The translations under genes and the position numbers were made by a program. From the NCBI GenBank assembly GCA_017994815.1, contig JAGOJY010000004.1, positions 76,466 through 140,465 of the forward strand: DNA of 64,000 nucleotides, given 5' to 3'. The number at the start of each line of letters is the position of its first letter. Positions within the stretch are counted from its first letter, which is position 1. This DNA is from Acidobacteriota bacterium (GTDB lineage Bacteria; Acidobacteriota; Polarisedimenticolia; J045). Shown here in pieces: positions 8,747 through 18,335 of the stretch. Below the pieces are notes generated by a model. That model was not told the origin of the DNA. It was given only the letters and a program-made list of their open reading frames with translations, and did not search any database.

Positions 8747-9103
8747 ATGTCGCGAAGGTGGATGCTTGTCGTCCTTCTCCTGCCAGCAATCCTGACCCTG
8801 TGGTCCTGCACCGACAGTGGTGACGACGACAACGACGGTCGCGTCGTGCGCTACCTGCTCACCTCAACCTGCACGGCTGATGTCGCCTACCTCGGCGCCC
8901 ACGAGATCGAGCGCGAGGAAGACGATGTCAGCAGTGGCTGGCGGTTCAGCTTCCAAGGCTCCAAGGGCGACGAGGTCTACATCGGCGCCATGCTCGACTG
9001 CGACGGGACCGTCACGGTCGAGATCTTCAAGGACGACCGACGGTACCGCTCCGCCACCGCGAGTGGCCCCGCGGCGTTCGCGGAGGCGTCGGGGAAGTTG
9101 TAG
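8747..9103 (+). CDS. Small secreted lipoprotein, hypothetical
   Basis: Signal peptide MSRRWMLVVLLLPAILTLWSC with a lipobox-like Cys, followed by an acidic mature region. Confidence 0.5.
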   Translation: MSRRWMLVVLLLPAILTLWSCTDSGDDDNDGRVVRYLLTSTCTADVAYLGAHEIEREEDDVSSGWRFSFQGSKGDEVYIGAMLDCDGTVTVEIFKDDRRYRSATASGPAAFAEASGKL

Positions 9104-9126
9104 GCGCACAGACCGCCGTTGGCTAA

Positions 9127-9588
9127 TCAGTACTCGTGCACAACGCCCGGTGGTCGCGGTGACCGCTGGCCGAACAGTCGATCAAACGTAATGCGGATTC
9201 GCAGACCACCGAAGATCGCTATCTGTACTTGATATGCAGGTGTCCTCAGCCTGCGCCGACGGCATCGGACCCACGCGATCTCGCAGTTATGCGGCTTCTC
9301 GTTATCTTTCCATTCCTTCGGTCGAACGGTACAGCCTCGGATGTCGAGTTGTGCAACGCCCTCCGCCGCTAAATCGACGAGTACTTCCGCCTCGCCGCTC
9401 AGCGCAAGCATGTTCGCCAGAGCCGCATGGTAGCTAGGTACGATCTCAATCGTGATCACACACCTGCTACGGCCGAGATCAGTGCAGACCCCATAGACGA
9501 GCACGTCCGTCAGATCGAGACGGGTCAGCGCTACGGGGTCCAATGGGACACCGAAGCCGGAGGTGACTTCCGGCGGCGAGCCGGCCAT
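9127..9588 (-). CDS. Putative immunity protein for the RHS toxin (153 aa)
   Basis: Begins 2 nt after the RHS stop on the same strand. GC is ~56%, markedly lower than the RHS core. No recognisable family. Position is typical for immunity genes. Confidence 0.45.
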   Translation of the reverse strand: MAGSPPEVTSGFGVPLDPVALTRLDLTDVLVYGVCTDLGRSRCVITIEIVPSYHAALANMLALSGEAEVLVDLAAEGVAQLDIRGCTVRPKEWKDNEKPHNCEIAWVRCRRRRLRTPAYQVQIAIFGGLRIRITFDRLFGQRSPRPPGVVHEY

Positions 9589-9590
9589 GT

Positions 9591-12500
9591 TCACTGCCTC
9601 TCGGGTGGAACTGCAACCGGGATCGTCCGCGGAGGCTGTGTGGTCGTTCGGCCCGTCAAGGGCAGGTGTGACGGCGCCCTCGCAAGAGTCCGGCCGGTCC
9701 AAGGGTCGATCGGCTGGCCGCGCAGGTTGTACACTTTGGCGTAGCCCGCAGGGTTCCAACCGTCGGGCATGGCTGCCCGTACAGCGCCAGCATCGCCCCG
9801 CGACCCAGCCGGTCGATACACAACGCCGCGACCGTTGTCCGCCATGCTCCGAACCCAACCCCTAGGAACAATGATATCGCCGGAGGCCGTCGGGACCCTC
9901 ACCTCGTTCAACGTTGTTGAAGCAGCCCGAGCGCCGCCAGCGACGCTTGTCAGCATCAAGATGAGCCCCCCAGCCCGACCCGCTTCCGCAGCGCTTGCTC
10001 GGACGTAACTCTCGCCAGTGCCTCCAGTTCCGTGCACCTCTCCGACTGACGTGCCGAGATTCAGGGTGTCGCCGATGCCTTGGACCATTGAACCGCCGAT
10101 ACCAAGGGTTGCATCAACCGCAACACCACCGAAACTACCATCGTTGGCGGCAGCGCCAGCCTCCTGAAGACTTGCACCCCAACTGATGACTCGTGCCGCC
10201 GCCGCACGATTCAATCCTGACGTCCAATCCAAGTAGCGGCCGACGAGCGCCCGCACACCCGCGCGTCCGTCGGGGTCAGTGAAGTTAACGGCGTCGTTGA
10301 ACGCATATGCGTAGCGGTTGACGGAGCGAGGATCGAGGTCGGAGAACGAGTCGCCCGGATCGGGCGACATGAACCGAGCGATCCGCCAGTTGTAGAAGCG
10401 CGCACCGAAATTCGATAGCCCCGACTCGTCATCGCGCAACTTCGCCGTGTACCCGCCGTCCAGCACCCGGCAGCCGTCGGTCTTCGGCTCGCCGAACGGG
10501 AACAGTTCGTAGCTCGCGTCCAGGCCGCCCTCGCCATCCAGAACGTAGCGGGTCGAGCCCAAGTGGTCGTTGACGTGCCACCGCAGAATCGAGCGAGCCG
10601 TGCGGACGTCATAGAACAGTTGGGTGTCCAGGAGCGTTGTCAACTCGTCCAGATAGGATAGCTTGGTGGTACCGTCGGGGGTCATGTTCTGCTGATCCGA
10701 GAGGTTCGGGCTTTCCGCCCGCCACACCTCCCAGGGCGTGCCACACCCGGCGGGGTCGGTCCAGGAAAGCAGCGGCTGCTCACCGGTCTTGGTCAGCCGC
10801 AGCGAATCGAAGACGCTCTCGCCGTCGTCCACGTTGGCGTAGGTCTTCTCCGCGACCAATTGGTCGCCGAGCCAGATGAACTCCCGCCGTGCGTCCGCGA
10901 CACCCGCGCCCTGTCGCTCCCGGCGAGCCAGAAGCTCGCCACGGTCGCCGAACAGATCCAGGCGCACCAGCCCACTCGGTCCTGAGGTCAGGGTGCGCTG
11001 GCCCTGGCCGTCGTAGGAGTAGGACCAGGCGGCGGAATCGACGGTCTGGAGGAATCCGCCCGGATGGTACCCGTAGCTGTGGGCACCGTCATTGAGTAGG
11101 TCGCCGCGGAGGTTGTAACTCCACCCGTTGATCTTGTTATCGGTGTAGCCGTAGCTGAAGTTGAGGCTCGGCCACTGGGTGCTATTCCGGGAGGTCAGGT
11201 TGCCGCGCGCATCCGCCGTGTAGGTGACGGTTCCCGTCGTCCCGTACTGTACCTGCTCCAGGTTTCGCCGGGAGTCGTAGGTGTACTGATCGACGCGGTT
11301 CGCAACATCCGGCTGCCCGACAAACCCCTGTGTGGTCGCTACCTTCTTGAGCAGGCCCCGGGCGTTGTATTCCTGGAAATCCAGAAGCAGGTTGCGGGCA
11401 ACGCCGTCCTCGGTCACGCCCGTGGTGTAGATCTGCTCCGGGCGGTTCCGGGATTGGGCGGAAGTCGGGAGATATACCGACACGCCGTTGTCGTAGTCGA
11501 TCCGCGATGGCTTGAACGCAGCGCTGTAGTTCACGTCCGTGACCACCACCCTGCCCCCGACCAAGGCCGCGTAGTCCGGCAGGTCCGCATCGTTATAGGT
11601 GTAGGTGACTTCCGTCTCGACGCTCTGGCCGCTCAGGGTCGGGTACTTCAGGCTCTCGACGTTGCCGCGCGTGTCATACGTCCAGTTGGTCACGAGCGTG
11701 CTGCCGTCGATTCGGTTCTCCCGCCGCTGGAGCTGCCCGTCTGCATTGAAGTCGGTCCAGAGGGTAGTCCCCGTCCCGTCGGTCATGCCCGACAGGTGCC
11801 CTCTTGCGTTGACATATGTCGCCGACGCACCTGGTACGGCGTCGCCGTCGTAGTAGAAGCGCGCATCCGTGCCGGACGGGTAGTCGATCAGCGTGAGCCT
11901 CCGGCGGGGGTCGTAGTCGTAGTACACGTTGATGCTCTGCGCATCGTTGCGCTTGGTGCGGTTGCCCAGCTTGTCGTAGGTGTAGCGTGTGCGGCCGGAC
12001 TCGGGTCGGGTCTCCTCGGTAAGATACCCGAGCGCGTTGTAGGTAAACGTCGAGTTGCTGGTAGCACTACCCGGCGGGTCGATGGTCTTGAGCCGGTCGA
12101 GCAGGTCGTAATCGTATGTCGTGACGCTTCCTTCCTGGTCCTGCAACTGGCTGACGCGGCCGAAGTCGTCGAACGTGTACACAACCGTGTTGCCGCCCGG
12201 TTCGGTGACCGTCTTGGTATTGCTGGTGTAGGAGTACTGGGTCGTGCCGTCAACGGTCGTCTCAGTGGCCGGCCGGCCCAGTCCATCATACGTGTACGCG
12301 ATTGCCGGCGCATTGGTCGTGGGGTCGCTTAGCGCCAGCTCGTAGGTCTTGTAGAGCTGGCCCGCAGCGTTGTAGGAGCGACGCGCGTAGGAGTAGGTGC
12401 TCCCCGACAGCCGGGTGCGGACCAAATACGGCCGCCCCAGAGTGTCGAAAGAGTAGCGGGTCTTCTCCTGGGTGCCGCGCTTGATGATCACGTACTGGGC

Positions 12501-14480
12501 GGCCGAGTTGTCGTACTCGATGTTGGTGTCGAGCACACCGGGTTCCGGCGGGTCGATCTTGGTCAGCCGGCCGAGGTCGTCATAGGTGAAGTTGGTGGTC
12601 TTGCTGTTCTCGTCCGTCTGCGCGAGAACGAGGCCGGTCTCCTGGTCGATGGTGCGGCTGAAGAGCTGATCGTCGTTCACGGTCACGCTGCTCAGGACGC
12701 CGTAGGTGTGGACGAAGTCGGTGGTGATGTCGGTCGTGCCGTTCTCCTCGACCTGCTGCTGGATGTCTCCGCGTGCGTCGTACTCGAAAGTGGTGTGAGT
12801 GGTGCCGGAAGTCGAGTTCTCACCGGACAGCGTGTCGTACCAGCGGTCTTCCGAGGAGAGGTGCCCCAGGATCTCGCCCGCCGGGCAGGAAGTGCAGGAG
12901 TAGTACTCGCGCGTCGTCTCCGCCTTCTTGGTACCCGATGCGGTCTTCCGGAGTTCCCTGGTGACCAACTGAACGAGGTTGTTGCTGCGGAACGTCGCGT
13001 CGTCGCCGTCGCCATTGGAGTGCTCGTACTCGTACTGGGTCTTGCGGTACGCCGCTCCGTCCCAGTCGCGCTCCTCGACCGTGCCCACGTTACCGTAGTT
13101 GTCGTGCCCCGAGAACAAGGTCTCAGAGCTGCGGCTCGTGCCACCGTAGAGGGTGACCGTGGTTTGCGTCAGAAGAGCACGGGTCGCATCCTCGAAGTAG
13201 CCGTTCTGCGTCGAGATCTCGTCGTTCGAGATGCGCTGGCCCGTGTACACGTGCTCCACCTTCTTGAGCAGGGTGGACGAGCCCGAGTAAACCTCGGTCT
13301 TGTTGAGCGTACCCGCACGCCAGATCTGGTCGGTGCCGGTGTTCCCGCGCCGGTTGAAATAGTGCTTCTGGACGTTGTTCGACGGGTCCGTGACCGCGGT
13401 CGGATTGTCAGGCAGCGTCTCGGTGGCGTAGCTGTACGTCCAGGTGCCCCCACTGGCGGCTCGGGAACTCACCACCCGGGTCCGCTCGTTGCTCTGGTAC
13501 GTGTTGCGGTGCGGGTTGTAGAAGGTGTTGTCGGCGTAGGCGTAGGTGATGGTGCCGCCCTGCGGCAGCGTGATCGTGTGCAGCTCCGGGAGCGACGAGA
13601 CCTGGTAGTAGTCGTAGAGCGTCTCAAGCCCGGTGGGCAGGGTCACGCTCGCGAGAACGTTCTTGGACGTGTACGCAGGCTCAGCGACGTCGTAGGTGTA
13701 GGTGATCGACTGGCCGGCCGTGTTTTTCACGGCCATCGTGGACAGGCGCTTGGGCGAGCCAGGGTGGTTGACGTGGTTGATGTACTGGAAGGTGACCTGG
13801 CGGTTCCAGCGGTTCTCGGTCGCGGTGAGCCAGTTGATGTAGGAGTAGTTCTTCTCGTAGGTGTGGGTGATGCGGTTGCCGGCCGTGTCCTCTTTGTATT
13901 CGAGGTAGCGGTAGTCGCTCCACGTGTACGCCGTGGCGCTCGGGAAGTGCCACTTGGTCCCTGTCGGATCCGTCACGGTCCAGCCGCTGTCGGAAACCAG
14001 CGCCCAGCCGCCCTTGGAGATGTAGTCGCCTGCCGGAGCAGGGGTCAGGACGTTGTTGTGGAAGAACTCTTCCTTGCCGCCGCCCGGTAGTTCCAGAACG
14101 TACTTCGGTACACCGCCCGTGAGCGGATTCACCCACAGGCGTCCCGGGTGCATCATCCAGCCGATGCCGAGGTTCGATTCCTCAGCGAAGTCGGTGTCGT
14201 ACCCGGGAGGAGGACCCCACGTGCGGATCTTGCTCGTGTACCAGCGCACGACCTCGAGGTCCATCCCGTTCGGTCCGGGCAGGCGGTAATCGACGTACCG
14301 CAGGATCAGGGCACCGGTAAAGAGATCCACCTGCTCCTCGGCCATGAGCGAGTCGTACACGTGCTCGGCCCGAAACTCGGGCAAGCTGTAGGATTCGTCG
14401 GAAGCTGCGACTAGGTGCGTCGCAGCCAATACCACCAGCACAGCGGTGCAACACCGGCCAATACTCCGCATGAGCCGCAT
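9591..14480 (-). CDS. RHS/YD-repeat polymorphic toxin with Sec signal peptide and variable C-terminal toxin domain (1629 aa)
   Basis: N-terminal signal MRLMRSIGRCCTAVLVVLAATHLVAAS. Many YD repeats (YTYDGLGR, YDYDLLDRL, YTYDKLGNR). RHS core end NFTDPDGR is followed by a ~220-aa C-terminal domain of unassigned family. No PAAR or VgrG nearby. Confidence 0.85.
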   Translation of the reverse strand: MRLMRSIGRCCTAVLVVLAATHLVAASDESYSLPEFRAEHVYDSLMAEEQVDLFTGALILRYVDYRLPGPNGMDLEVVRWYTSKIRTWGPPPGYDTDFAEESNLGIGWMMHPGRLWVNPLTGGVPKYVLELPGGGKEEFFHNNVLTPAPAGDYISKGGWALVSDSGWTVTDPTGTKWHFPSATAYTWSDYRYLEYKEDTAGNRITHTYEKNYSYINWLTATENRWNRQVTFQYINHVNHPGSPKRLSTMAVKNTAGQSITYTYDVAEPAYTSKNVLASVTLPTGLETLYDYYQVSSLPELHTITLPQGGTITYAYADNTFYNPHRNTYQSNERTRVVSSRAASGGTWTYSYATETLPDNPTAVTDPSNNVQKHYFNRRGNTGTDQIWRAGTLNKTEVYSGSSTLLKKVEHVYTGQRISNDEISTQNGYFEDATRALLTQTTVTLYGGTSRSSETLFSGHDNYGNVGTVEERDWDGAAYRKTQYEYEHSNGDGDDATFRSNNLVQLVTRELRKTASGTKKAETTREYYSCTSCPAGEILGHLSSEDRWYDTLSGENSTSGTTHTTFEYDARGDIQQQVEENGTTDITTDFVHTYGVLSSVTVNDDQLFSRTIDQETGLVLAQTDENSKTTNFTYDDLGRLTKIDPPEPGVLDTNIEYDNSAAQYVIIKRGTQEKTRYSFDTLGRPYLVRTRLSGSTYSYARRSYNAAGQLYKTYELALSDPTTNAPAIAYTYDGLGRPATETTVDGTTQYSYTSNTKTVTEPGGNTVVYTFDDFGRVSQLQDQEGSVTTYDYDLLDRLKTIDPPGSATSNSTFTYNALGYLTEETRPESGRTRYTYDKLGNRTKRNDAQSINVYYDYDPRRRLTLIDYPSGTDARFYYDGDAVPGASATYVNARGHLSGMTDGTGTTLWTDFNADGQLQRRENRIDGSTLVTNWTYDTRGNVESLKYPTLSGQSVETEVTYTYNDADLPDYAALVGGRVVVTDVNYSAAFKPSRIDYDNGVSVYLPTSAQSRNRPEQIYTTGVTEDGVARNLLLDFQEYNARGLLKKVATTQGFVGQPDVANRVDQYTYDSRRNLEQVQYGTTGTVTYTADARGNLTSRNSTQWPSLNFSYGYTDNKINGWSYNLRGDLLNDGAHSYGYHPGGFLQTVDSAAWSYSYDGQGQRTLTSGPSGLVRLDLFGDRGELLARRERQGAGVADARREFIWLGDQLVAEKTYANVDDGESVFDSLRLTKTGEQPLLSWTDPAGCGTPWEVWRAESPNLSDQQNMTPDGTTKLSYLDELTTLLDTQLFYDVRTARSILRWHVNDHLGSTRYVLDGEGGLDASYELFPFGEPKTDGCRVLDGGYTAKLRDDESGLSNFGARFYNWRIARFMSPDPGDSFSDLDPRSVNRYAYAFNDAVNFTDPDGRAGVRALVGRYLDWTSGLNRAAAARVISWGASLQEAGAAANDGSFGGVAVDATLGIGGSMVQGIGDTLNLGTSVGEVHGTGGTGESYVRASAAEAGRAGGLILMLTSVAGGARAASTTLNEVRVPTASGDIIVPRGWVRSMADNGRGVVYRPAGSRGDAGAVRAAMPDGWNPAGYAKVYNLRGQPIDPWTGRTLARAPSHLPLTGRTTTQPPRTIPVAVPPERQ

Positions 14481-14492
14481 GGTCGTTCCCCC

Positions 14493-15065
14493 TCACCGCG
14501 AACTGCGGGTGCAGTCGTCACCCACGCAGCGGACGCACACCACGCCCGGCTCTGGTTCGGTCGGGCAGCCTCCGGAACACGTAACCTGAAGCACCGCCTC
14601 AGGGTCGGTAAGCGGGGCGCACGCAATGATGTTGCCCTCTTCGGTCGTACAGCGGTAGCCGTCGGGAACTCGGACCGTGAGTGAATCCACCCCGCCACCG
14701 GGCGCAGGTTCCGCGCACAGGGTCTCGATGACCACGCCGCCGTCGGCGTAGAACTCGTCGAACCGGTTGATGGTCGTGCAGGCACCGGACCCGTTGACCT
14801 CCAGGCAGCCGTGGTCGAAGCGGACGACGCCTCCGCCGATCTCGTCGGTGCAGCCGGCGGTGCCGGTTTCCACGTCCCACTCGCAGCTTCCCGTCTCGGA
14901 GAAGAGCGCGACCGTGTAGGCAATGCCGACCGAGTCGTTGAGGTTGCAGGCGAAGCTCTCGTAGTGCATGAACCTGGGTCGTCTGCGGACCTGGTCGGCG
15001 GTCGCTGGGGCGGTCAGCAACAGCAAGAGCACGAGAAGCGTGGCGATCCCGCGAACCTGGCGCAT
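14493..15065 (-). CDS. Cys-rich secreted protein, hypothetical
   Basis: Internal Met MRQVRGIATLLVLLLLLTAPATA is a signal peptide; at least 10 Cys. Ends 13 nt upstream of the RHS start, so probably co-transcribed. Confidence 0.5.
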   Translation of the reverse strand: MRQVRGIATLLVLLLLLTAPATADQVRRRPRFMHYESFACNLNDSVGIAYTVALFSETGSCEWDVETGTAGCTDEIGGGVVRFDHGCLEVNGSGACTTINRFDEFYADGGVVIETLCAEPAPGGGVDSLTVRVPDGYRCTTEEGNIIACAPLTDPEAVLQVTCSGGCPTEPEPGVVCVRCVGDDCTRSSR

Positions 15066-15256
15066 GTCCGGTCTCCTCAGACTGGGCAGAGATGGATCAA
15101 CTCCGACGCACATCGCTGCCCGAATGAAAACGAGCCCCATAGGACGTCCCCAACCCTCTTCCCGGTAGTTCTACGCCGGTGCGTTCAGGTCCGCTACCGG
15201 TTGAACACCAATGGTTACTGTGTAAGTCCCGGAGGTTTGGGAAGAACCCTGCCAAA

Positions 15257-15296
15257 GAGAAACGCCAGCGCTTTGCACGCTGGCGTTTGGTTTGGG
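15257..15296. terminator. Strong hairpin (AACGCCAGCG-ctttgca-CGCTGGCGTT) with flanking T-runs; candidate intrinsic terminator
   Basis: Perfect 10-11 bp stem just downstream of the minus-strand nuclease gene stop. T/U-rich on both sides (GTTTGGTTTGGG on plus, TTCTCTTTGG on minus). Confidence 0.5.
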
Positions 15297-15301
15297 TCCG
15301 G

Positions 15302-16087
15302 CTACCGCACCCGGACGAGAGTTTCCGCCGCCCGCACGGTGTCGCCGGTGCAGACGGGGAGGTAGTCGCACCAGGCGCACCACAGCCCGGGGCGCTTGTA
15401 GAACTCGCCCTCGGCGATCCGCCGGCCGAGCAGGGCGGCCTTGGTGAGGAACTCGGAGAGGTGCCGTTCGGTGCGGGACGTGAGGTGCCACTCGATCCGC
15501 GGCTCTTTCGTCTTCACGAGCACGCACAGGGCGGCCTGCTCGGCCGTGGGCTCGGCGAGCTGGTAGGCCGTGAGCTGGTCCGAGAGTTCCGCCTCGTGCT
15601 CGTCGTAGCGGGCGGAGGCGGTCTTGAAGTCGATCACGGTGCGCTTGCCGTCGAGGACGGCCACGAGGTCCACGACACCCACCAGGGGCAGGTCGAGGCT
15701 GGTGACGTCGAGCTGGAACGGCTTCTCCACGGCTCCGACGGTGCCGAGCTTGGGAAGCTCGTCCGCCACGAACCGGGCGAGGAGCACCTCGCCGATGCCG
15801 TCCAGCCGCTCCCAGGAGTCGCGCGTGCCGTACGTGAGGGCGACCTGCTTCGTCGCCTCCCAGGTCTCGCCGAACAGCGAGACCGGATCCTCGCCCGACT
15901 GGAACAGCCGGGCGAGGGCCTGGTGGACGATCTGGCCGAAGACGAGTGTCGCGGGCGGGACCTTCGGGCGGAGGTTCTCGACGTAATACAGGCGGTACTG
16001 CTCGGGGCAGTGGAGATAGCGGCTGAGGCGCGAGAACGAGAGGTGGGGCGTGGCCCTCGCGACTGGCTCCGGACGGGCGGCGGTCAC
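15302..16087 (-). CDS. PD-(D/E)XK nuclease, Cas4/RecB-like with C-terminal Cys cluster
   Basis: N-terminal motif SFSRLSRYLHCPEQYRLYYVE, DFKT motif, and C-terminal CAWCDYLPVC. GTG start at 16087 overlaps the stop of the upstream SWIM gene (GTGA). Confidence 0.65.
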   Translation of the reverse strand: MTAARPEPVARATPHLSFSRLSRYLHCPEQYRLYYVENLRPKVPPATLVFGQIVHQALARLFQSGEDPVSLFGETWEATKQVALTYGTRDSWERLDGIGEVLLARFVADELPKLGTVGAVEKPFQLDVTSLDLPLVGVVDLVAVLDGKRTVIDFKTASARYDEHEAELSDQLTAYQLAEPTAEQAALCVLVKTKEPRIEWHLTSRTERHLSEFLTKAALLGRRIAEGEFYKRPGLWCAWCDYLPVCTGDTVRAAETLVRVR

Positions 16088-16950
16088 GGTGACCGCCGCG
16101 GGGCGGGACCGAGCGGCAGGACCTGCTCGACGTTCTGGAACCGGCCGTCGGGAGACGGCTGGGTCACGATCCGGCACAGCAGGTCGAGCCGGACGCCCTC
16201 GGCGACGGTGCCGGCGCGGTCGGGGAAGCCGGCCGCGGCGATCGCGTCGGCGAGCTGCTTCGGGTTGCCGAACAGTCTGAGCGTCTGGCCGTTCGATTGG
16301 ATCAGGATGTAGAGCCTGCGGCCCCACTTGCCGTCCATGCCGTCGATGCGCAGGAGCATCGCCGGCATGCCGGACTGAGCCGGCGGGGGCGCAGCGGGAC
16401 GCGGCGCGGGAGCGGAACGCTCGGCACGCTGTTCGCCGTTTCCGGCGAGGAACCGGCCGATGATCCCGGCCTGGAGCGCGAGGATCGCCTCGGCTCTGCC
16501 TTCGGTTTCGGAGCGGGTCGGCTCGACCGGGCAGGAGAACTCGACCGAGAGCGAGTCGATCCGGCCGTCGGGGGAGATGCTGCGCTTGAGCAGCATCTGC
16601 GCCGCCGAACCGTTCGTGGTGTGTGGCGCGCGCCGGCGCCGGGTGGGTTTGCCCTCCTCCTGGATCGCGGCGCGCTCCTCGTCCTCGGCGGGCGGCACCG
16701 TTTCGGGCGGAGCCGGGGCCGCGAAGCGGCTCTGGACCGCCAGCACGTGCTTGCAGCGCCAGTCAGGGTCGGTGCGGTGATAGTCGAAGTCGGGGCAGGT
16801 GCAGGTCGGGCTGTTCAGGTCGGGGCCGACGACGTACACGGTCCGCCCGTTCTGGGGCGCGTGAACGCGAAAGCCGTCGGGGCCGCGCGCGATGACGAAG
16901 ACTTCGTCCGTGGCGCGTGTGTCGCGGGGTTGTCGTTCCTCGGGTCGCAT
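16084..16950 (-). CDS. SWIM zinc-finger protein with uncharacterized C-terminal domain
   Basis: CTCPDFDYHRTDPDWRCKHVLAV matches SWIM CxCxnCxH. A Pro/Ala linker and an unknown C-terminal domain follow. Confidence 0.65.
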   Translation of the reverse strand: MRPEERQPRDTRATDEVFVIARGPDGFRVHAPQNGRTVYVVGPDLNSPTCTCPDFDYHRTDPDWRCKHVLAVQSRFAAPAPPETVPPAEDEERAAIQEEGKPTRRRRAPHTTNGSAAQMLLKRSISPDGRIDSLSVEFSCPVEPTRSETEGRAEAILALQAGIIGRFLAGNGEQRAERSAPAPRPAAPPPAQSGMPAMLLRIDGMDGKWGRRLYILIQSNGQTLRLFGNPKQLADAIAAAGFPDRAGTVAEGVRLDLLCRIVTQPSPDGRFQNVEQVLPLGPAPRRSP

Positions 16951-17109
16951 GACGGGTCCTCCTTTCGTGAGGGGTTCGGGGTCGTGGGGTGGTAATGAAC
17001 GTCACTCCACGCTACCGAAGGCCCTCGGACCCGTGAAGGCGGCACATGGGGCCGACACGTCACGGCATGCAGTCTTCCGACCAAACGCCCAGCGGGACAC
17101 GCTGACGTC

Positions 17110-18282
17110 ATGGCCACTCCTTCTTCCCAGTCCGTGACGCTCCTCGGGCGCACCACGTTCCGCAACGTGCACCGCGTGTTCGGCATCCGGCAGCGCGACC
17201 GGCTAAGTCACGTCTACCTCATCGGGCGCACCGGGGTGGGTAAGTCCACGCTCTTGGCGTCGATCGCTCGTCAAGATGTGGACGCTGGGCACGGCCTCGC
17301 GCTGTTCGACCCACACGGCGACCTCGCGGACGACGTCGCGGGCTACGCCAAGCGGGTGCGGCCCGACGACCTTCTTTACCTCAACGCCCCTGATCCAGCG
17401 CAGCCGTTCACGTTCAATCCTCTCGCGGAGGTGTCACCGGAAAGACGCTCTCTCGCGTCGGCGAATCTGCTCGACGTGTTCAAGAAGATCTGGGCCGACT
17501 CGTGGGGCCCGCGCCTGGAGCACATTTTGAGGAACTGCCTCTTGACGTTGCTCGACCAACCGGAGCCATCCCTGGGCGACATGCCGCGCTTGCTGCATGA
17601 CACTGCGTACCGCAAACGCGCGGTTCTGCGCGTCGCGAACCCTCAGGTCCGGCACTTCTGGCTCGTCGAATGGGAGGGGTACGGCGTCCGGTTCCGGGCC
17701 GAGGCCGCGGCGCCGCTCGATAACAAGGTCGGCGCCTTCGTCACCGACCCCGTGCTCCAACGAGTACTGCTCGCAAGAAACCAACCACTTAGCCTGCGCC
17801 GCATCATGGACGAGGGCCGCGTGCTCGTCGTGAATCTCTCGAAGGGCCGTATCGGCGAACCCGTCGCGGCGCTCCTTGGTTCCCTCCTGTTGGCAAGCCT
17901 CGGACTCGCCGGCCTTGGACGCGCCGACGTGCCCGAGACGGCACGCCGCGACTTCTTCACGATGCTCGACGAGTTTCAGTTCTTCATCACGCAATCGTTG
18001 GCAGGCATGCTCGCCGAGCTCAGGAAATTCCACGTCGGCCTGACGCTCGCGCATCAGTTCCTCGGCCAACTCGATCCGCTGCTTCGGAATGCTGTTCTGG
18101 GGAACGTGGGGTCCTTGGTCTGCTTTCGAATCGGCGCTGAGGATGCGGAGACTCTGGAACGGGAGTTCGTGCCGGACCTCCGGGCAGAAGACCTCAGTAC
18201 CCAACCGAACTTCGCCTTCTACACCAAGATCATGAATGACGGCCGCATCTCGCGGCCATTCAGTGCGGAGACGTTCCGCTGA
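17110..18282 (+). CDS. HerA/FtsK-superfamily ATPase, TraD/VirD4 (T4SS DNA-transfer)-like, no TM segment
   Basis: Walker A GRTGVGKST, LFDPHGDL motif and Walker B LDEFQF. The C-terminal LAHQFLGQL resembles the T4CP C-terminal region. Confidence 0.7.
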   Translation: MATPSSQSVTLLGRTTFRNVHRVFGIRQRDRLSHVYLIGRTGVGKSTLLASIARQDVDAGHGLALFDPHGDLADDVAGYAKRVRPDDLLYLNAPDPAQPFTFNPLAEVSPERRSLASANLLDVFKKIWADSWGPRLEHILRNCLLTLLDQPEPSLGDMPRLLHDTAYRKRAVLRVANPQVRHFWLVEWEGYGVRFRAEAAAPLDNKVGAFVTDPVLQRVLLARNQPLSLRRIMDEGRVLVVNLSKGRIGEPVAALLGSLLLASLGLAGLGRADVPETARRDFFTMLDEFQFFITQSLAGMLAELRKFHVGLTLAHQFLGQLDPLLRNAVLGNVGSLVCFRIGAEDAETLEREFVPDLRAEDLSTQPNFAFYTKIMNDGRISRPFSAETFR

Positions 18283-18335
18283 CCCCGACTTGGATTGGCT
18301 CCACACAGATCTTTACTGAAGACACCCCCATTGCG

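Noticed and set aside
9589-9858. Upstream 90 codons of ORF 9127..9858
   Set aside because: They lie inside the RHS CDS on the same strand in another frame. The start was moved to the ATG at 9588 just after the RHS stop.
12708-14090. 460-aa plus-strand ORF antisense within the RHS gene
   Set aside because: It is antisense to a strongly supported CDS and has low-complexity Val/Arg/Gly-rich composition.
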